Positions 54,693 through 64,000 of a stretch of 64,000 nt of DNA are shown here, piece after piece; position 1 is the stretch's first letter, and the number at the start of each line of letters is the position of its first letter. Position numbers and translations under genes: made by a program. The stretch is from NCBI GenBank assembly GCA_030532365.1, contig JAUNLH010000002.1, forward strand, positions 22,656 to 86,655. Direction: 5' to 3'. The DNA is from Porphyromonas sp. GTDB taxonomy: Bacteria > Bacteroidota > Bacteroidia > Bacteroidales > Porphyromonadaceae. Under the pieces are notes generated by a model. That model saw only the letters and a list, made by a program, of their open reading frames with translations. It made no database searches and had not been told where the DNA came from.

Positions 54693-55313
54693 CTATGCTT
54701 CTTTTGCGGGTGCTTCGCTGAAGAGCAATGACTTAAGTCGTGGGCTTAGGAAATCTTGGAAGAAGGCCTTAAACGCCTCATCGCTAACCACCACCTTGTA
54801 GGAACCATCTTTGGGAGCTAGTTCGAACTGTGTTGGTCTTCCAGCTACTTCTTTGATCTCTAGGCCCTTGTCGAGCACCTCCTTAGCATGTTTCTGGAAG
54901 TATGAAGTCAGCTGCTCAGCGTCACTCGTGCTTATCTCCACGCCATTGGTCTCCTGCTCGAACATCTGCTCGCTCATCTTTGCTACTACAGCGTACAGTG
55001 CCTCTGGACTAGTGAGAGACTCATCTACACCGCGCTGTACTGCCTCCGTGGTGACCATGTCGGTGATCTTTGCCTGTAAGCTAGCCATGGCGTGCTCTAC
55101 AGCAGCAGCGATCTCCTTTTCTGATCTGGCTTTGAGCTGTGCGCTTTCTTCTTTGGCATCCTTTATGATTGCGTCTGCCTCCTGCTTAGCTTTCTGCAAT
55201 AGTTGATCTCCCTTCTGCTCGGCTTCGGAGATTATTTGGCTCGCTTCGCCGGATGCCTTTTCTACTCCATCTTTGTAGATTTTGTCGGCTAGTGCCTGAA
55301 TCTTGCTGTCCAT
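54693..55313 (-). CDS. V-type ATPase subunit E (peripheral stalk)
   Basis: 206 aa with a long charged N-terminal helix (A/E/K/Q rich) and a globular C-terminus. It is the first gene of the operon. Confidence 0.75.
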   Translation of the reverse strand: MDSKIQALADKIYKDGVEKASGEASQIISEAEQKGDQLLQKAKQEADAIIKDAKEESAQLKARSEKEIAAAVEHAMASLQAKITDMVTTEAVQRGVDESLTSPEALYAVVAKMSEQMFEQETNGVEISTSDAEQLTSYFQKHAKEVLDKGLEIKEVAGRPTQFELAPKDGSYKVVVSDEAFKAFFQDFLSPRLKSLLFSEAPAKEA

Positions 55314-55392
55314 ACTATTTATCCCTGTTTTTTTGTCCTATTTATGGTTGTGGTCCGTCCCCTTAAATCCGCAGTTATCTATATGATACGAA

Positions 55393-55400
55393 CAAATTTA
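55393..55400 (-). promoter_or_regulatory. Candidate -7 box (TAAATTTG) for the V-ATPase operon
   Basis: The reverse complement of 55393-55400 matches TAnnTTTG. It lies 80 nt upstream of the subunit E ATG at 55313, in an AT-rich divergent region. Confidence 0.35.
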
Positions 55401-55598
55401 CGGATAAATTATATAGAAATCTAGAAGAAATGGTTTGTATTATCACCACTCTACGAGATTTAACGCCCTTTTCCTCTTTGAGGGAAGCTAAAGTTTTACT
55501 AAATGGTAGAGATGTTTTATTTTCATGCCTGATAGTGGTTTCATATCACTGACTTTTACTATTATTTGTCTTAATAAGACAGCAAATTGAAAAATGAC

Positions 55599-55606
55599 TA
55601 TATTTG
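55599..55606 (+). promoter_or_regulatory. Candidate -7 box (TATATTTG) for the ECF sigma gene
   Basis: Exact TAnnTTTG match, 66 nt upstream of the GTG start at 55672. Confidence 0.35.
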
Positions 55607-55671
55607 TGAGAGTGACAGTTAATTGTTGTGCTGGTCTATAATCAGGTTGACTAGCGTAAGGTGCAGCGTAC

Positions 55672-56214
55672 GTGGAGATTAAGTTTGAAAAGTTCTATAC
55701 GGAGTACCACCCTATCCTGCTGAGATTTGCCCGACGCTATATAGCCGACCAGAGCGTGGCGGAAAATGTGGTGCACGATCTATTTGTCAAGCTGTGGGAA
55801 AAGCCAGAGCTTCTTGATGGTGTGCGCTCTCCTGCGAACTACCTCCTCACAATGTGCCGCAATGCTTGTATAGATCAATTAAGACAAGATTATGCCATCG
55901 CTCTACACTCGCACCTCTCAGATGGAGAGAAGTGGCTCCTGGAAGAGCGTCTCCAAGCCCTCTATCAGATGGAGGAGTTGAGCCCTTATGACGAAGATGT
56001 CTTTGTGCAGCTAGAGCAGAGTATTGCTCAGCTTCCTGCGCGGTGCCAAGAGATACTTCGGCTCTACCGCTTTCAGGGACTGAGCTATCAAGAGATCGCA
56101 GATCAGCTGGAGATCTCACCCCGCACTGTAGAGGCACAACTTCGTATAGCTATGCAGAAGTTGAGAGAGATGATGCCTTCCTCTCTACTGCTATTGTTAT
56201 TTGCTATCAGATAG
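55672..56214 (+). CDS. ECF-type RNA polymerase sigma-70 factor (Bacteroides-expansion type)
   Basis: 180 aa with a GTG start. Region 2 is LLRFARRYIADQSVAENVVHDLFVKLWEK. Region 4 contains the HTH (YRFQGLSYQEIADQLEISPRTVEAQL). No FecR gene follows it. Confidence 0.85.
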   Translation: MEIKFEKFYTEYHPILLRFARRYIADQSVAENVVHDLFVKLWEKPELLDGVRSPANYLLTMCRNACIDQLRQDYAIALHSHLSDGEKWLLEERLQALYQMEELSPYDEDVFVQLEQSIAQLPARCQEILRLYRFQGLSYQEIADQLEISPRTVEAQLRIAMQKLREMMPSSLLLLLFAIR

Positions 56215-56848
56215 CTAGCTTAGGGAGCACTACCAGCGGGGCAGAAACATGCGTCTCTAGGTAGTGCCTGGTCTCTGCTGTGATTTTATCGTCGGTAGCG
56301 ATCCCTTCGTTGTATACGAGTAGAGCGACGGGGATCTCTCTCTTCTGCAGCACCTCCAGTGTAAGGAGTGTATGATTGATGCTACCAAGTTTGGCAGTGG
56401 CAACTAGGATGACTGGTAGCTCTTCGCTCTTGATGTAGTCAACGGTAAGATAGTCCTCTGATAAAGGCACCATGAGACCACCGGCACCTTCTATCAGTAC
56501 CTTGTCGTATTTGCTGAGGAGCTTCTTCGTGCTTTCCTTTGCTTTCTCAAGCTCTAAAGGACGATTGTCTATGGCTGTCGCCATGTGTGGTGAGCAAGGA
56601 TAGCTAAATACGAGTGGGCAGGTGGTGCCATCTTTGTCTACATCAAGAAGGGGGCGATTCTCCACCTGGCGATGAACGATGATGTCCTCGCTGATGCCAT
56701 CACAGCCAGTCTGGATGAGCTTTTGCGTGACAACGTCGACGCCCTCTTTGAGTAGTTGGCTAGAGATCCAACCGGTAGCGATACTTTTGCCTGCGTCGGT
56801 GTCTATCCCTGTGACGAAGTAAGTGGAGTGGGGGAGTATATCTTTCAT
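56207..56848 (-). CDS. bioD: Dethiobiotin synthase
   Basis: 213 aa with the P-loop GIDTDAGKS, EGAGGLMVP, and a position in the bio operon. Confidence 0.85.
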   Translation of the reverse strand: MKDILPHSTYFVTGIDTDAGKSIATGWISSQLLKEGVDVVTQKLIQTGCDGISEDIIVHRQVENRPLLDVDKDGTTCPLVFSYPCSPHMATAIDNRPLELEKAKESTKKLLSKYDKVLIEGAGGLMVPLSEDYLTVDYIKSEELPVILVATAKLGSINHTLLTLEVLQKREIPVALLVYNEGIATDDKITAETRHYLETHVSAPLVVLPKLAI

Positions 56849-57636
56849 GATGGTAAGTGTGCTGTAACTAGAAGTGCAACATAGGTGAGTGGAAGGGGCT
56901 CATGAGGTGCCAGCTGAGCGATGCTCCGGTATTGCTCCTCAAGAGTAACAAGCCTACTGGCAGTCCAGGCAGGTCCTTCATTTTGTGCACGAAGGGCATT
57001 AGTACCGGTCTGCTTAAGATGTTGAAGTAGCTTTATCAGAGAGGGAAAGTAAAGAGTTTCTCTCCTCTCTTCCATGTGGATCTCAGTAAAGCCAGAGGCT
57101 TGTAGCTGCAAGTGGTGCTCCTCTTTACTCTGATATTGTAGTCCTTGCCCCGTCGCCTGTCGTAGTTGGAGCAGGTTGTCAGGCAAGAACGTACTATACG
57201 TCAAGAATCCGCTGGGAAGCAGAGCCTCTGAAGCCTTTTGAATGAAGCTAAGGGGTGTATGCCACCACTGTATGGCACTGCTGCTTGTGATGAGCGTATA
57301 GTGGCGTGATGACCAATCCAGCTCTTCCGCATCGCCAGCGATGAAGCGGGGTGTTGCTCCTACTTTCTCTCTAAGTTGAGACTCTATCGCTGGTGATAGG
57401 TCATTGAGGGTATACAGATAGCTGCTGTTGCCGAGCCAGCTCATGAGTTCATGGCTGTATAGCCCTGTGCCACAGCCTACTTCGAGTACCTCACCTGAGA
57501 GTGGTCGTACGTCTTGGTTTTTAGCTAGTGCTACGAGCTCTTGTGCGATATATCGCTGAAATACAGCAGCCTGGTCGTACCCCTCTGCAGCTGATGAAAA
57601 ACGGCGTAAGATAAGCCCTTTGTCTATCATACTCAT
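56845..57636 (-). CDS. bioC: Malonyl-[ACP] O-methyltransferase
   Basis: SAM-binding motif VLEVGCGTG. The N-terminal RRFSSAAEGYDQAAVFQ is typical of BioC. I prefer the ATG at 57636, which overlaps the bioG stop in an ATGA arrangement. Confidence 0.8.
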   Translation of the reverse strand: MSMIDKGLILRRFSSAAEGYDQAAVFQRYIAQELVALAKNQDVRPLSGEVLEVGCGTGLYSHELMSWLGNSSYLYTLNDLSPAIESQLREKVGATPRFIAGDAEELDWSSRHYTLITSSSAIQWWHTPLSFIQKASEALLPSGFLTYSTFLPDNLLQLRQATGQGLQYQSKEEHHLQLQASGFTEIHMEERRETLYFPSLIKLLQHLKQTGTNALRAQNEGPAWTASRLVTLEEQYRSIAQLAPHEPLPLTYVALLVTAHLPS

Positions 57637-58313
57637 AGCTTTAGCAGCTCTTGCCAAGAGTGAAACTCGTAAATCGGGTAGTGTCCTAGCCCTGGAAGCA
57701 CCTCTGTAGTGACGTTGTGCTTATTCCAGTAGCGCAGCTGATTGGAGGGTGGTACAATGAGGTCCCGTTCGCTTACGTAGGCGAGGTCCCAGCTAAGCTG
57801 AGGGGGGGAGCCATCTGGTAGTGCTCTCACTGCCTCGTAGACTCCAGTTAACTCAGACCTGAGGTCTTCAGTGCTCCTAGCACTAAAGGAGTTATATACA
57901 GCGAGTAGCTTCTTGCCACCGCACATTCGGCGATCAAAACGAGCGCGATTATCATCGTCCAGCCCAGAGAGCGTCTTTTCAAAGATAGGAGTAGGGATGC
58001 CATACAGATCGTGCATGGGCAGTGGCGTTCCATTGATTGCAACTGCTTTGGATATTCGAGGTAAGTGAGGGGCAAGGAGGTCAGCTGCCCATACCCCCAT
58101 GCTCCATGCGACGAGATAGATGCTATTGTATCTAGATAGTTCAATATCAGGGAGATAGAGAGCACTTACATCTTTGTAGTCCCAAAAGGAGCATTGCTCC
58201 CAGCCCTGAGGTAAGCCGAGGTTGGTGACCACCTCTGGTGTGGTACCCCAGCCTGTGAAGTATAGTAGGAGTGTATGAGGACTGCTGTTGCTATAAGTGA
58301 TTTGATGCTGCAT
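57633..58313 (-). CDS. bioG: Pimeloyl-[ACP] methyl ester esterase, BioG type (DUF452)
   Basis: 226 aa with LLLYFTGWGTT and the nucleophile-elbow-like VAWSMGVWAA. It sits between bioF and bioC, as in other Bacteroidota bio operons. Confidence 0.7.
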   Translation of the reverse strand: MQHQITYSNSSPHTLLLYFTGWGTTPEVVTNLGLPQGWEQCSFWDYKDVSALYLPDIELSRYNSIYLVAWSMGVWAADLLAPHLPRISKAVAINGTPLPMHDLYGIPTPIFEKTLSGLDDDNRARFDRRMCGGKKLLAVYNSFSARSTEDLRSELTGVYEAVRALPDGSPPQLSWDLAYVSERDLIVPPSNQLRYWNKHNVTTEVLPGLGHYPIYEFHSWQELLKL

Positions 58314-58327
58314 GATACTATGCTTGT

Positions 58328-59458
58328 TTACAGATACTTACGAGTAAGTTGCTGGAGGGAATTTAGCTCCTTTAGTGTCATGGATGCTGTGAGCGAGAGA
58401 CGAAGTCGCTCTTTTCCAGCTGGAACCGTAGGCTTGCGGATAGGGCGTACATAAAAGCCTGCTCTAATGAACTCCTCAGCTGCCTCCTGGACGGCTTCGT
58501 TACCAGGTACAATGATCGGGATGATTTGCGATGGATGTCCCGGTACGAGTACTTCTGTGAGTTTACGTAGGTGCTCTCTTCGCTCTTTCATTTTTAGTAC
58601 CCTGTCTAGGATAAAATGGCTCCACGCCACAGTGATAGGAGGTAGGGCAGTGGAGAAGATCAAAGGGCGAGCATGATTGATCAATAGATCATGGATCGCA
58701 TCGCTCTGTATGGAGTACGCACCAACCGAGCAGAGGGCTTTGCCAAGTGTTCCTACCACTAGATCTATCTCGGAGAGTAGCCCTTCAGCTTCTGCTAGCC
58801 CTAGCCCCCTTTCGCCAAATACTCCGACAGCGTGAGCCTCATCAAGGTAGAGGTAGGTATTGGGAAAGCGTTTCTTTAGTGTTACTAACTCTTTCAGTGG
58901 AGCTACGTCGCCATCCATGCTAAAGAGACTCTCGGTGATGATCCAAGTTGCATCGTAATCACTCGATCGCTCTTCTAGCAAGTGCCCTAGATGCTCTAGG
59001 TCATTATGGCGGAAACGGGTGAAGTGGCACTTGGGTGAGAGCCGGATGCCATCGATAATGCTTGCATGCACCAGTCGGTCGGCAAGGATAAGCACCTTAC
59101 CATCGGCAAGGACTGGTATGATGCCAGAGTTGGCATGGTAGCCACTGTCCCAGAGGAGAGCACTCTCGGCATTATATAGTTGGCTCAAGTGCTCCTCGAA
59201 CTCCCAGTAGACAGGAGCATTGCCGGTCAGCAACCGCGAAGATGAGCTACTAGGGGCGTGGTGTGGTGCTTCTGTCTCGAGAAACTCATGCCACAACCCT
59301 CGCTCCTCTTGTAGTCCTAGGTAGTCATTACTGCTTAGGTTGAGACAACGATGCCCACCCTCCAGCGTTATCTCCTTGCCAATGAGATCATAAGGAGCTA
59401 ACACCCGATGGTTGCTACTCCTTTGTAGCTTTGCCTGTGATCTTTCGTATAGAGTCAT
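58328..59458 (-). CDS. bioF: 8-amino-7-oxononanoate synthase
   Basis: 376 aa, alpha-oxoamine synthase fold. Contains [20 protein letters not shown] and the PLP lysine context TLGKAL. Confidence 0.85.
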   Translation of the reverse strand: MTLYERSQAKLQRSSNHRVLAPYDLIGKEITLEGGHRCLNLSSNDYLGLQEERGLWHEFLETEAPHHAPSSSSSRLLTGNAPVYWEFEEHLSQLYNAESALLWDSGYHANSGIIPVLADGKVLILADRLVHASIIDGIRLSPKCHFTRFRHNDLEHLGHLLEERSSDYDATWIITESLFSMDGDVAPLKELVTLKKRFPNTYLYLDEAHAVGVFGERGLGLAEAEGLLSEIDLVVGTLGKALCSVGAYSIQSDAIHDLLINHARPLIFSTALPPITVAWSHFILDRVLKMKERREHLRKLTEVLVPGHPSQIIPIIVPGNEAVQEAAEEFIRAGFYVRPIRKPTVPAGKERLRLSLTASMTLKELNSLQQLTRKYL

Positions 59459-60747
59459 GAGTCTAGGATCACCTTAGTGAGCCCACGTGTGAGGTGTAGT
59501 AGCTCCTCATCAGTAATGGCTAAGAATGGAGGCATGATGTAGACCAGTCTCCCAAAGGGCCTCAGCCAGACCCCTTCAGCTACAAAGCGTGGGATCAGCT
59601 TCTGCATGTCTACAGGATCACGCATTTCTACGACACCTATTGCACCGAGACAGCGTACCTCGCGGATAGATGGGTGGCTGGAAAGCGGAGTTAGCTCAGC
59701 TCGTAATAGTTCCTCGATCTCTTTCACCCTCTTCTCGTAGGGAGCTTCTAGCAGCATGCGAGTGGACTCCAATGCAACACGGCATGCGAGCGGATTCCCC
59801 ATAAAGGTCGGACCGTGCATAAAACAACCTGCTTCTCCAGAGCAGATGGTGTCAGCGATCTCCTTGGTTGTGCAAGTAGCAGAAAGAGTGAGGTAACCTC
59901 CTGTCAGTGACTTACCTATGCAGATGATATCGGGGATGATGTCGGTGTGATAGGTTGCTAGGAGCTTGCCTGTGCGTCCAAACCCGGTCGCGATCTCATC
60001 GAAGATCAGCAGACACCCGTATTCATCAGAGAGGCGTCTGAGTTGATTGAGGTATTCAGGATGGTAGAAGTACATGCCACCAGCTCCTTGTACCACGGGC
60101 TCTACAATAATTGCAGCGATCTCCTCGCCATGTTCTTGGAGTAAATCCTTCATGGGGCGCATCTCATCGCCCTCCGGATCCCAGACGCCATCGAAAGGGG
60201 TACTAGGCTGAGGTACAAAGAATTGTATCGGCAGTGAGGCTCCGAAGTAGCTATGCATGCTGGTGACAGGGTCGCATACAGACATCGCATGCCAGGTATC
60301 GCCGTGGTATCCACTGCGAATAGTGGCAAAGTATTGCCTCTGTCTCTCCCCACGCGAGAGCTGGTATTGAAGCGCCATCTTAAGAGCTACCTCTACGGAG
60401 ACAGAGCCACTATCTGCATAAAAAATCTGATCCATACCCGGTGGTAAGATCTTATCAACTAGGATCTTACCTAGCTCTACAGCTGGGCGGTGGGTCAGTC
60501 CACCAAACATCACATGAGACATCAGTTCGGACTGCTCCTTAAGTACTTTGTTAAGCCGTGGATGGTTGTACCCATGGATAGTAGCCCACCATGAGCTCAT
60601 GCCATCTGTGAGCCTTGTGCCATCCTCGAGAGTGATGGTACAGCCTTCGGCATGAGCTACAGGGTAAACTCGTAGAGGGTCAATGGTCGAGGTGTAGGGA
60701 TGCCAGAGGTGTGCTCTATCCCATGCCAGTAGTTCGTTTGTCGTCAT
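59455..60747 (-). CDS. bioA: Adenosylmethionine-8-amino-7-oxononanoate aminotransferase
   Basis: 430 aa, class-III aminotransferase. Contains [25 protein letters not shown] and the PLP lysine in [10 protein letters not shown]. Confidence 0.88.
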   Translation of the reverse strand: MTTNELLAWDRAHLWHPYTSTIDPLRVYPVAHAEGCTITLEDGTRLTDGMSSWWATIHGYNHPRLNKVLKEQSELMSHVMFGGLTHRPAVELGKILVDKILPPGMDQIFYADSGSVSVEVALKMALQYQLSRGERQRQYFATIRSGYHGDTWHAMSVCDPVTSMHSYFGASLPIQFFVPQPSTPFDGVWDPEGDEMRPMKDLLQEHGEEIAAIIVEPVVQGAGGMYFYHPEYLNQLRRLSDEYGCLLIFDEIATGFGRTGKLLATYHTDIIPDIICIGKSLTGGYLTLSATCTTKEIADTICSGEAGCFMHGPTFMGNPLACRVALESTRMLLEAPYEKRVKEIEELLRAELTPLSSHPSIREVRCLGAIGVVEMRDPVDMQKLIPRFVAEGVWLRPFGRLVYIMPPFLAITDEELLHLTRGLTKVILDS

Positions 60748-61730
60748 TTCCAGTCTGTCACTTTCTTGGTGTCATACTCCATCTCCTCAAAGAGTGCCAT
60801 ATCTTGCTCTGTGACGGATGCCTTGGTAGTCAGTAGGTCTCCGGTGATGGCAGCATTGATGCCAATATAGAGTGCTTTTCTCTGCACCTCAGGCGTTAGT
60901 AGAGCCCGCCCTCCACTAAACCTTAGGAAGGCTGTTGGATTGGCTAAGCGAAAGAGAGCGATTGTTAGGAGTACTTCATCACCCTCCATAGGCTCTTGAT
61001 GCTCAAGGGGTGTACCACTGATAGGGTGGAGGATATTGATCGGAATGCTCTCTATCCCAAGGCTATGTATGTACATCGCCATCTCTGCCCTTTGTTGTCT
61101 CGACTCTCCCATTCCTACGATGCCGCCACTGCAGAGCCGCAGTCCCACTTTGCGAGCTGCACGTAGGGTCTCTTCCTTCTCCGCTTGGGTGTGCGTGCTG
61201 CAGAGATGAGGGAAGTAACTAGGAGCACTCTCTATATTGCAGTGGTAGGTAGTGCATCCTGCATCACGTAGTCGGATGAGAGCCTCCTCCGATGCAAGCC
61301 CCAGTGAGGCACAGAGCTCTAGCTTCTCCCCCTCTTTCTTGATCCCCTCTAGTATCTCTACATACTTGTCTACCTCCTTGGGTGAAGGGCGACGGCCACT
61401 AGCTACCAAGCTAAATCTCTTGATCCCCTGTCCCTGGTTGTGGAGTGCTTGCTCTCTTACCCTCTCTGGAGGCAATATGCCATACTCATCGCAGTTGGTG
61501 CGGTTGTGGGCACTCTGAGCGCACCACTTGCAATCCTCTGGGCAACGTCCGCTCTTCACGTTGATGATTGAGCAGGTATCAAAGCCATTGCCTATCAGGC
61601 TCCGAGTGATCCTATGGCATGCTTCGTATAGCTCTTTGCGGGGTAACTGCTCTACTGCAGCGAGGAGCTCGTCAGCTGACTCGAACCTCCACCCCTCTAT
61701 GATCTTGTCTGCTAGTATATTAGACGTCAT
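60744..61730 (-). CDS. bioB: Biotin synthase (radical SAM)
   Basis: 328 aa with the CxxxCxxC motif [11 protein letters not shown] and a YHCNIES block. It is the first gene of the bio operon. Confidence 0.9.
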   Translation of the reverse strand: MTSNILADKIIEGWRFESADELLAAVEQLPRKELYEACHRITRSLIGNGFDTCSIINVKSGRCPEDCKWCAQSAHNRTNCDEYGILPPERVREQALHNQGQGIKRFSLVASGRRPSPKEVDKYVEILEGIKKEGEKLELCASLGLASEEALIRLRDAGCTTYHCNIESAPSYFPHLCSTHTQAEKEETLRAARKVGLRLCSGGIVGMGESRQQRAEMAMYIHSLGIESIPINILHPISGTPLEHQEPMEGDEVLLTIALFRLANPTAFLRFSGGRALLTPEVQRKALYIGINAAITGDLLTTKASVTEQDMALFEEMEYDTKKVTDWK

Positions 61731-61744
61731 TTAGTCTTTTCTCA

Positions 61745-61787
61745 CAAAATAGACGAAGTGCCGGGCATTGAGCCAGAGCACTTCGTC
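61745..61787 (-). terminator. Inverted repeat between the POT transporter and bioB (candidate terminator or operator)
   Basis: GACGAAGTGC at 61752-61761 pairs with GCACTTCGTC at 61778-61787, giving 10-bp perfect arms and a 16-nt loop. On the minus strand it is followed by TCTATTTTGTG. It ends 21 nt before the bioB ATG. Confidence 0.4.
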
Positions 61788-61816
61788 GTAGTACAATGCA
61801 ATATAATGTGCAAGGG

Positions 61817-63391
61817 TTACGCCTCCTTTACCTTAGCGTACTTACCCTCGCCTGTGATACGGGTTAGCCAGTTGACCATTGAGAGCATGATCACCATAGC
61901 GATGCCTGCTGCAGCGACAAAGACAAGCCAGCATATATGCAGTGGTACACTCTCGTAGAGGATACCGCCGATAAAGAGGATCGAATTACCAACCGCAGTT
62001 GCTGCCAACCAGAGACCCTGCATCAGACCCTGTAGGTGGGGTGGTGCTACCTTTGATACAAAGGAGAGCCCTAGCGGTGAAATGAATAGCTCAGCTACAG
62101 TTAGGATGAAGTAGAGCCCAACCATTACCCATGGTGTCAGTAGCTCAAAGTTAGTCCCCGTCTTGATAGCTGCTGTTGATGGCAGGTTAAGTGAGATGAC
62201 TGTAAGGTACACGTATGCAAGAGCTGCAATGCCCATACCGATAGCAATCTTCATAGGAGTTGAGATCTCCTTACCTTTATTCTTGCGCCATGCGAAGAAC
62301 CACATCACCAGTGGGGTCAGTGAAACCACGAAGAAGGGGTTGAGCGTCTGGAAGATCTCTGCACCCTGGATCGTTGTAAATCCGAGGTCTAGCTTGATGA
62401 TATCAAGGTTGACGTAGTCGCGAGCGAAGTAAGTGAGTGAATAACCATTCTGGTGGAATGAGAACCAGAAGAAGATCACCACGCCAAACACTGCAAAGAG
62501 TGCGTAGATGCGTTGCTTCACCTCTGCAGCGCTCATTTTCACCTCTTCAACTGTCATCTCAGTGCCTCCAGCTGTCTGGATGGTTTTGCCTGGGTCTGGG
62601 AACTTAGACTTATTGACAATGAAGATGATAAGTGAGACAAACATCATCACAATAGCTGCCATAAACGCATAGTGGAAGCCCTGTGAGAAGACGCTCAGGT
62701 ATTCGTTTACAAATGCTGTGAGGTCAGTGACTACAGTGCCTGACACGCTGTTAGCAAGGGTTTGCAACTCATCGATACGGAGCATAGATGTGCCCTTCTC
62801 TAGAAACTCGTGGCTGAGCTCAGGGAGGGTAGCGTTGTAGTCAAATCCGTTGTGCAGCAACCACCAGTTGCGTACACCAACTGCGATGAATGGAGCAAAG
62901 ACAGCACCTATATTGATGAACATATAGAAGATCTGGAAACCTGCATCTCTATTGTCAGAGTAGCGAGGATCGTCGTACATCTGACCAACGATTGCTTGTA
63001 AGTTCCCTTTGAATAATCCATTACCTAGGGCGATAATGAAGAGACCTCCACAGCTAAGCAGTAGGCTCAGCACCATGTTGTGTACTGGTGTAGGAGTGGG
63101 GTAGCCAATCATTATGTAGCCAATCGCCATCAGGAGGATACCAGTGACGATGGTTCCCTTGTAATTCTTAGTTTTATCTGCGATGATACCGCCTAGTACA
63201 GCAAATAGATAGGTTGCTGCATAGAAGGCAGAGTAGATATACCCTGTGACCTTAGCACTGAAGCCAAACTTAGCTGAGATAAATAGTGTCAGGATGGCCA
63301 TCATGATGTAGAAGCCAAAGCGCTCACCCATGTTGGCTAGTGCCGCAGAGATGAGTCCCTTAGGGTGTTTTCTGGTTTTTGTTTGTGTCAT
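61817..63391 (-). CDS. POT/PTR2-family proton-dependent di/tripeptide transporter (MFS)
   Basis: 524 aa with about 14 TM helices. PTR2 signatures are present: GERFGFYIMMAILTLF and FYMFINIGAVFAP. Confidence 0.85.
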   Translation of the reverse strand: MTQTKTRKHPKGLISAALANMGERFGFYIMMAILTLFISAKFGFSAKVTGYIYSAFYAATYLFAVLGGIIADKTKNYKGTIVTGILLMAIGYIMIGYPTPTPVHNMVLSLLLSCGGLFIIALGNGLFKGNLQAIVGQMYDDPRYSDNRDAGFQIFYMFINIGAVFAPFIAVGVRNWWLLHNGFDYNATLPELSHEFLEKGTSMLRIDELQTLANSVSGTVVTDLTAFVNEYLSVFSQGFHYAFMAAIVMMFVSLIIFIVNKSKFPDPGKTIQTAGGTEMTVEEVKMSAAEVKQRIYALFAVFGVVIFFWFSFHQNGYSLTYFARDYVNLDIIKLDLGFTTIQGAEIFQTLNPFFVVSLTPLVMWFFAWRKNKGKEISTPMKIAIGMGIAALAYVYLTVISLNLPSTAAIKTGTNFELLTPWVMVGLYFILTVAELFISPLGLSFVSKVAPPHLQGLMQGLWLAATAVGNSILFIGGILYESVPLHICWLVFVAAAGIAMVIMLSMVNWLTRITGEGKYAKVKEA

Positions 63392-63454
63392 AAAGATAGG
63401 TTTACTGTGTTAATGTGTATGTAATCTGTGTTTATCTCGTTATTATCCATCTTT

Positions 63455-64000
63455 CTAGTCTTGGGCTGCTACCTCTTGTACCTTTGCTATGGCACCGCTA
63501 TCAGTGTGAAATAAGATCGCAGTGCGTACACCCTTGGTGGTAAATAGCGTCTCGTCAAGGACCTCAAGGGCACCTAGCTGCGCTACAGGGATCTCCTGCT
63601 TCGCTATCGCATCGCCTCTGTAGGTCAGTGTCACCATCACTCTACCCGGTACCACATAGATGATACCGCGTCGTAGCGCACGCTCCTTTTGGCTCTGCTC
63701 CTTTTCAGACAGCGGAACTGCCTCTTCGAGCACCTCTATATTGAGGTAAATCGGCTCTCCCCTCAAGTCATCGGCATGAAGTAGCCCCTCTTGCTCTGAG
63801 AAGCGAAATGCCACTCTCTGCTCTCTGACAGAGGGGTCTAGTCCAGTCACAAGGTGTGTCTCGCGTACCTCAGTGTGCTGTCCGAGGAAGTATTGTGTCA
63901 GCTGCTGCTCTGTCTGATCCAATCGCCCTATTGCTAGGCGTAGTGCTTCCCCGTCTCTAAAGGGCTGCTCACTCTCTCCACTGATCACTCTATTCTTGCT
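63455..64000 (-). CDS. Hypothetical protein, C-terminal part only (gene continues beyond the right edge)
   Basis: The reading frame stays open to position 64000 (SKNRV precedes the listed GTG). No motif recognised. Confidence 0.5.
   Translation of the reverse strand, partial: SKNRVISGESEQPFRDGEALRLAIGRLDQTEQQLTQYFLGQHTEVRETHLVTGLDPSVREQRVAFRFSEQEGLLHADDLRGEPIYLNIEVLEEAVPLSEKEQSQKERALRRGIIYVVPGRVMVTLTYRGDAIAKQEIPVAQLGALEVLDETLFTTKGVRTAILFHTDSGAIAKVQEVAAQD

Overview
This is a chromosomal, mostly housekeeping window from a Bacteroidota genome, probably Bacteroidales and Porphyromonas-like. The taxon call rests on a SusC/SusD pair, a V-type ATPase operon containing a DUF2764 gene, a GldE-like gene next to ssb, a glycine-lipid gene pair, and TAnnTTTG -7 boxes. 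I call 54 CDS, two of them truncated by the window edges. They include parE, coaD, ssb, gyrB, ribF, trxB, ftsK, guaB, a seven-gene V-ATPase operon, and a complete bioB-A-F-G-C-D biotin operon. There is also a FecR / STN-SusC / SusD / GH2 / GH63-like polysaccharide utilisation locus, plus GH125 and GH29 glycosidases, a tandem LysO-like exporter duplication, and a PadR-PspC pair. I found no rRNA, tRNA, CRISPR-cas, integrase, transposase, prophage or recognisable defence genes, so I cannot point to a novel protein-coding system. The structure that gene calls do not explain is non-coding. (1) Four roughly 100-bp arrays of 22/23-bp phased palindromic 'bricks' (core AAGTT-NNN-AACTT) sit in intergenic gaps; they are MITE/minisatellite-like and resemble the BrickBuilt architecture. 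(2) A 345-bp GC-rich, hairpin-dense element bounded by 32-bp inverted hairpin modules lies between two convergent genes, and truncated copies of the module occur at two other loci. Secondary observations are a Y_phosphatase3-family protein whose catalytic Cys is replaced by Asp, a FecR/STN-SusC signalling locus with no adjacent ECF sigma, and a partnerless ECF sigma about 21 kb away. All functional calls come from reading the translated ORFs for motifs; no database search was run.
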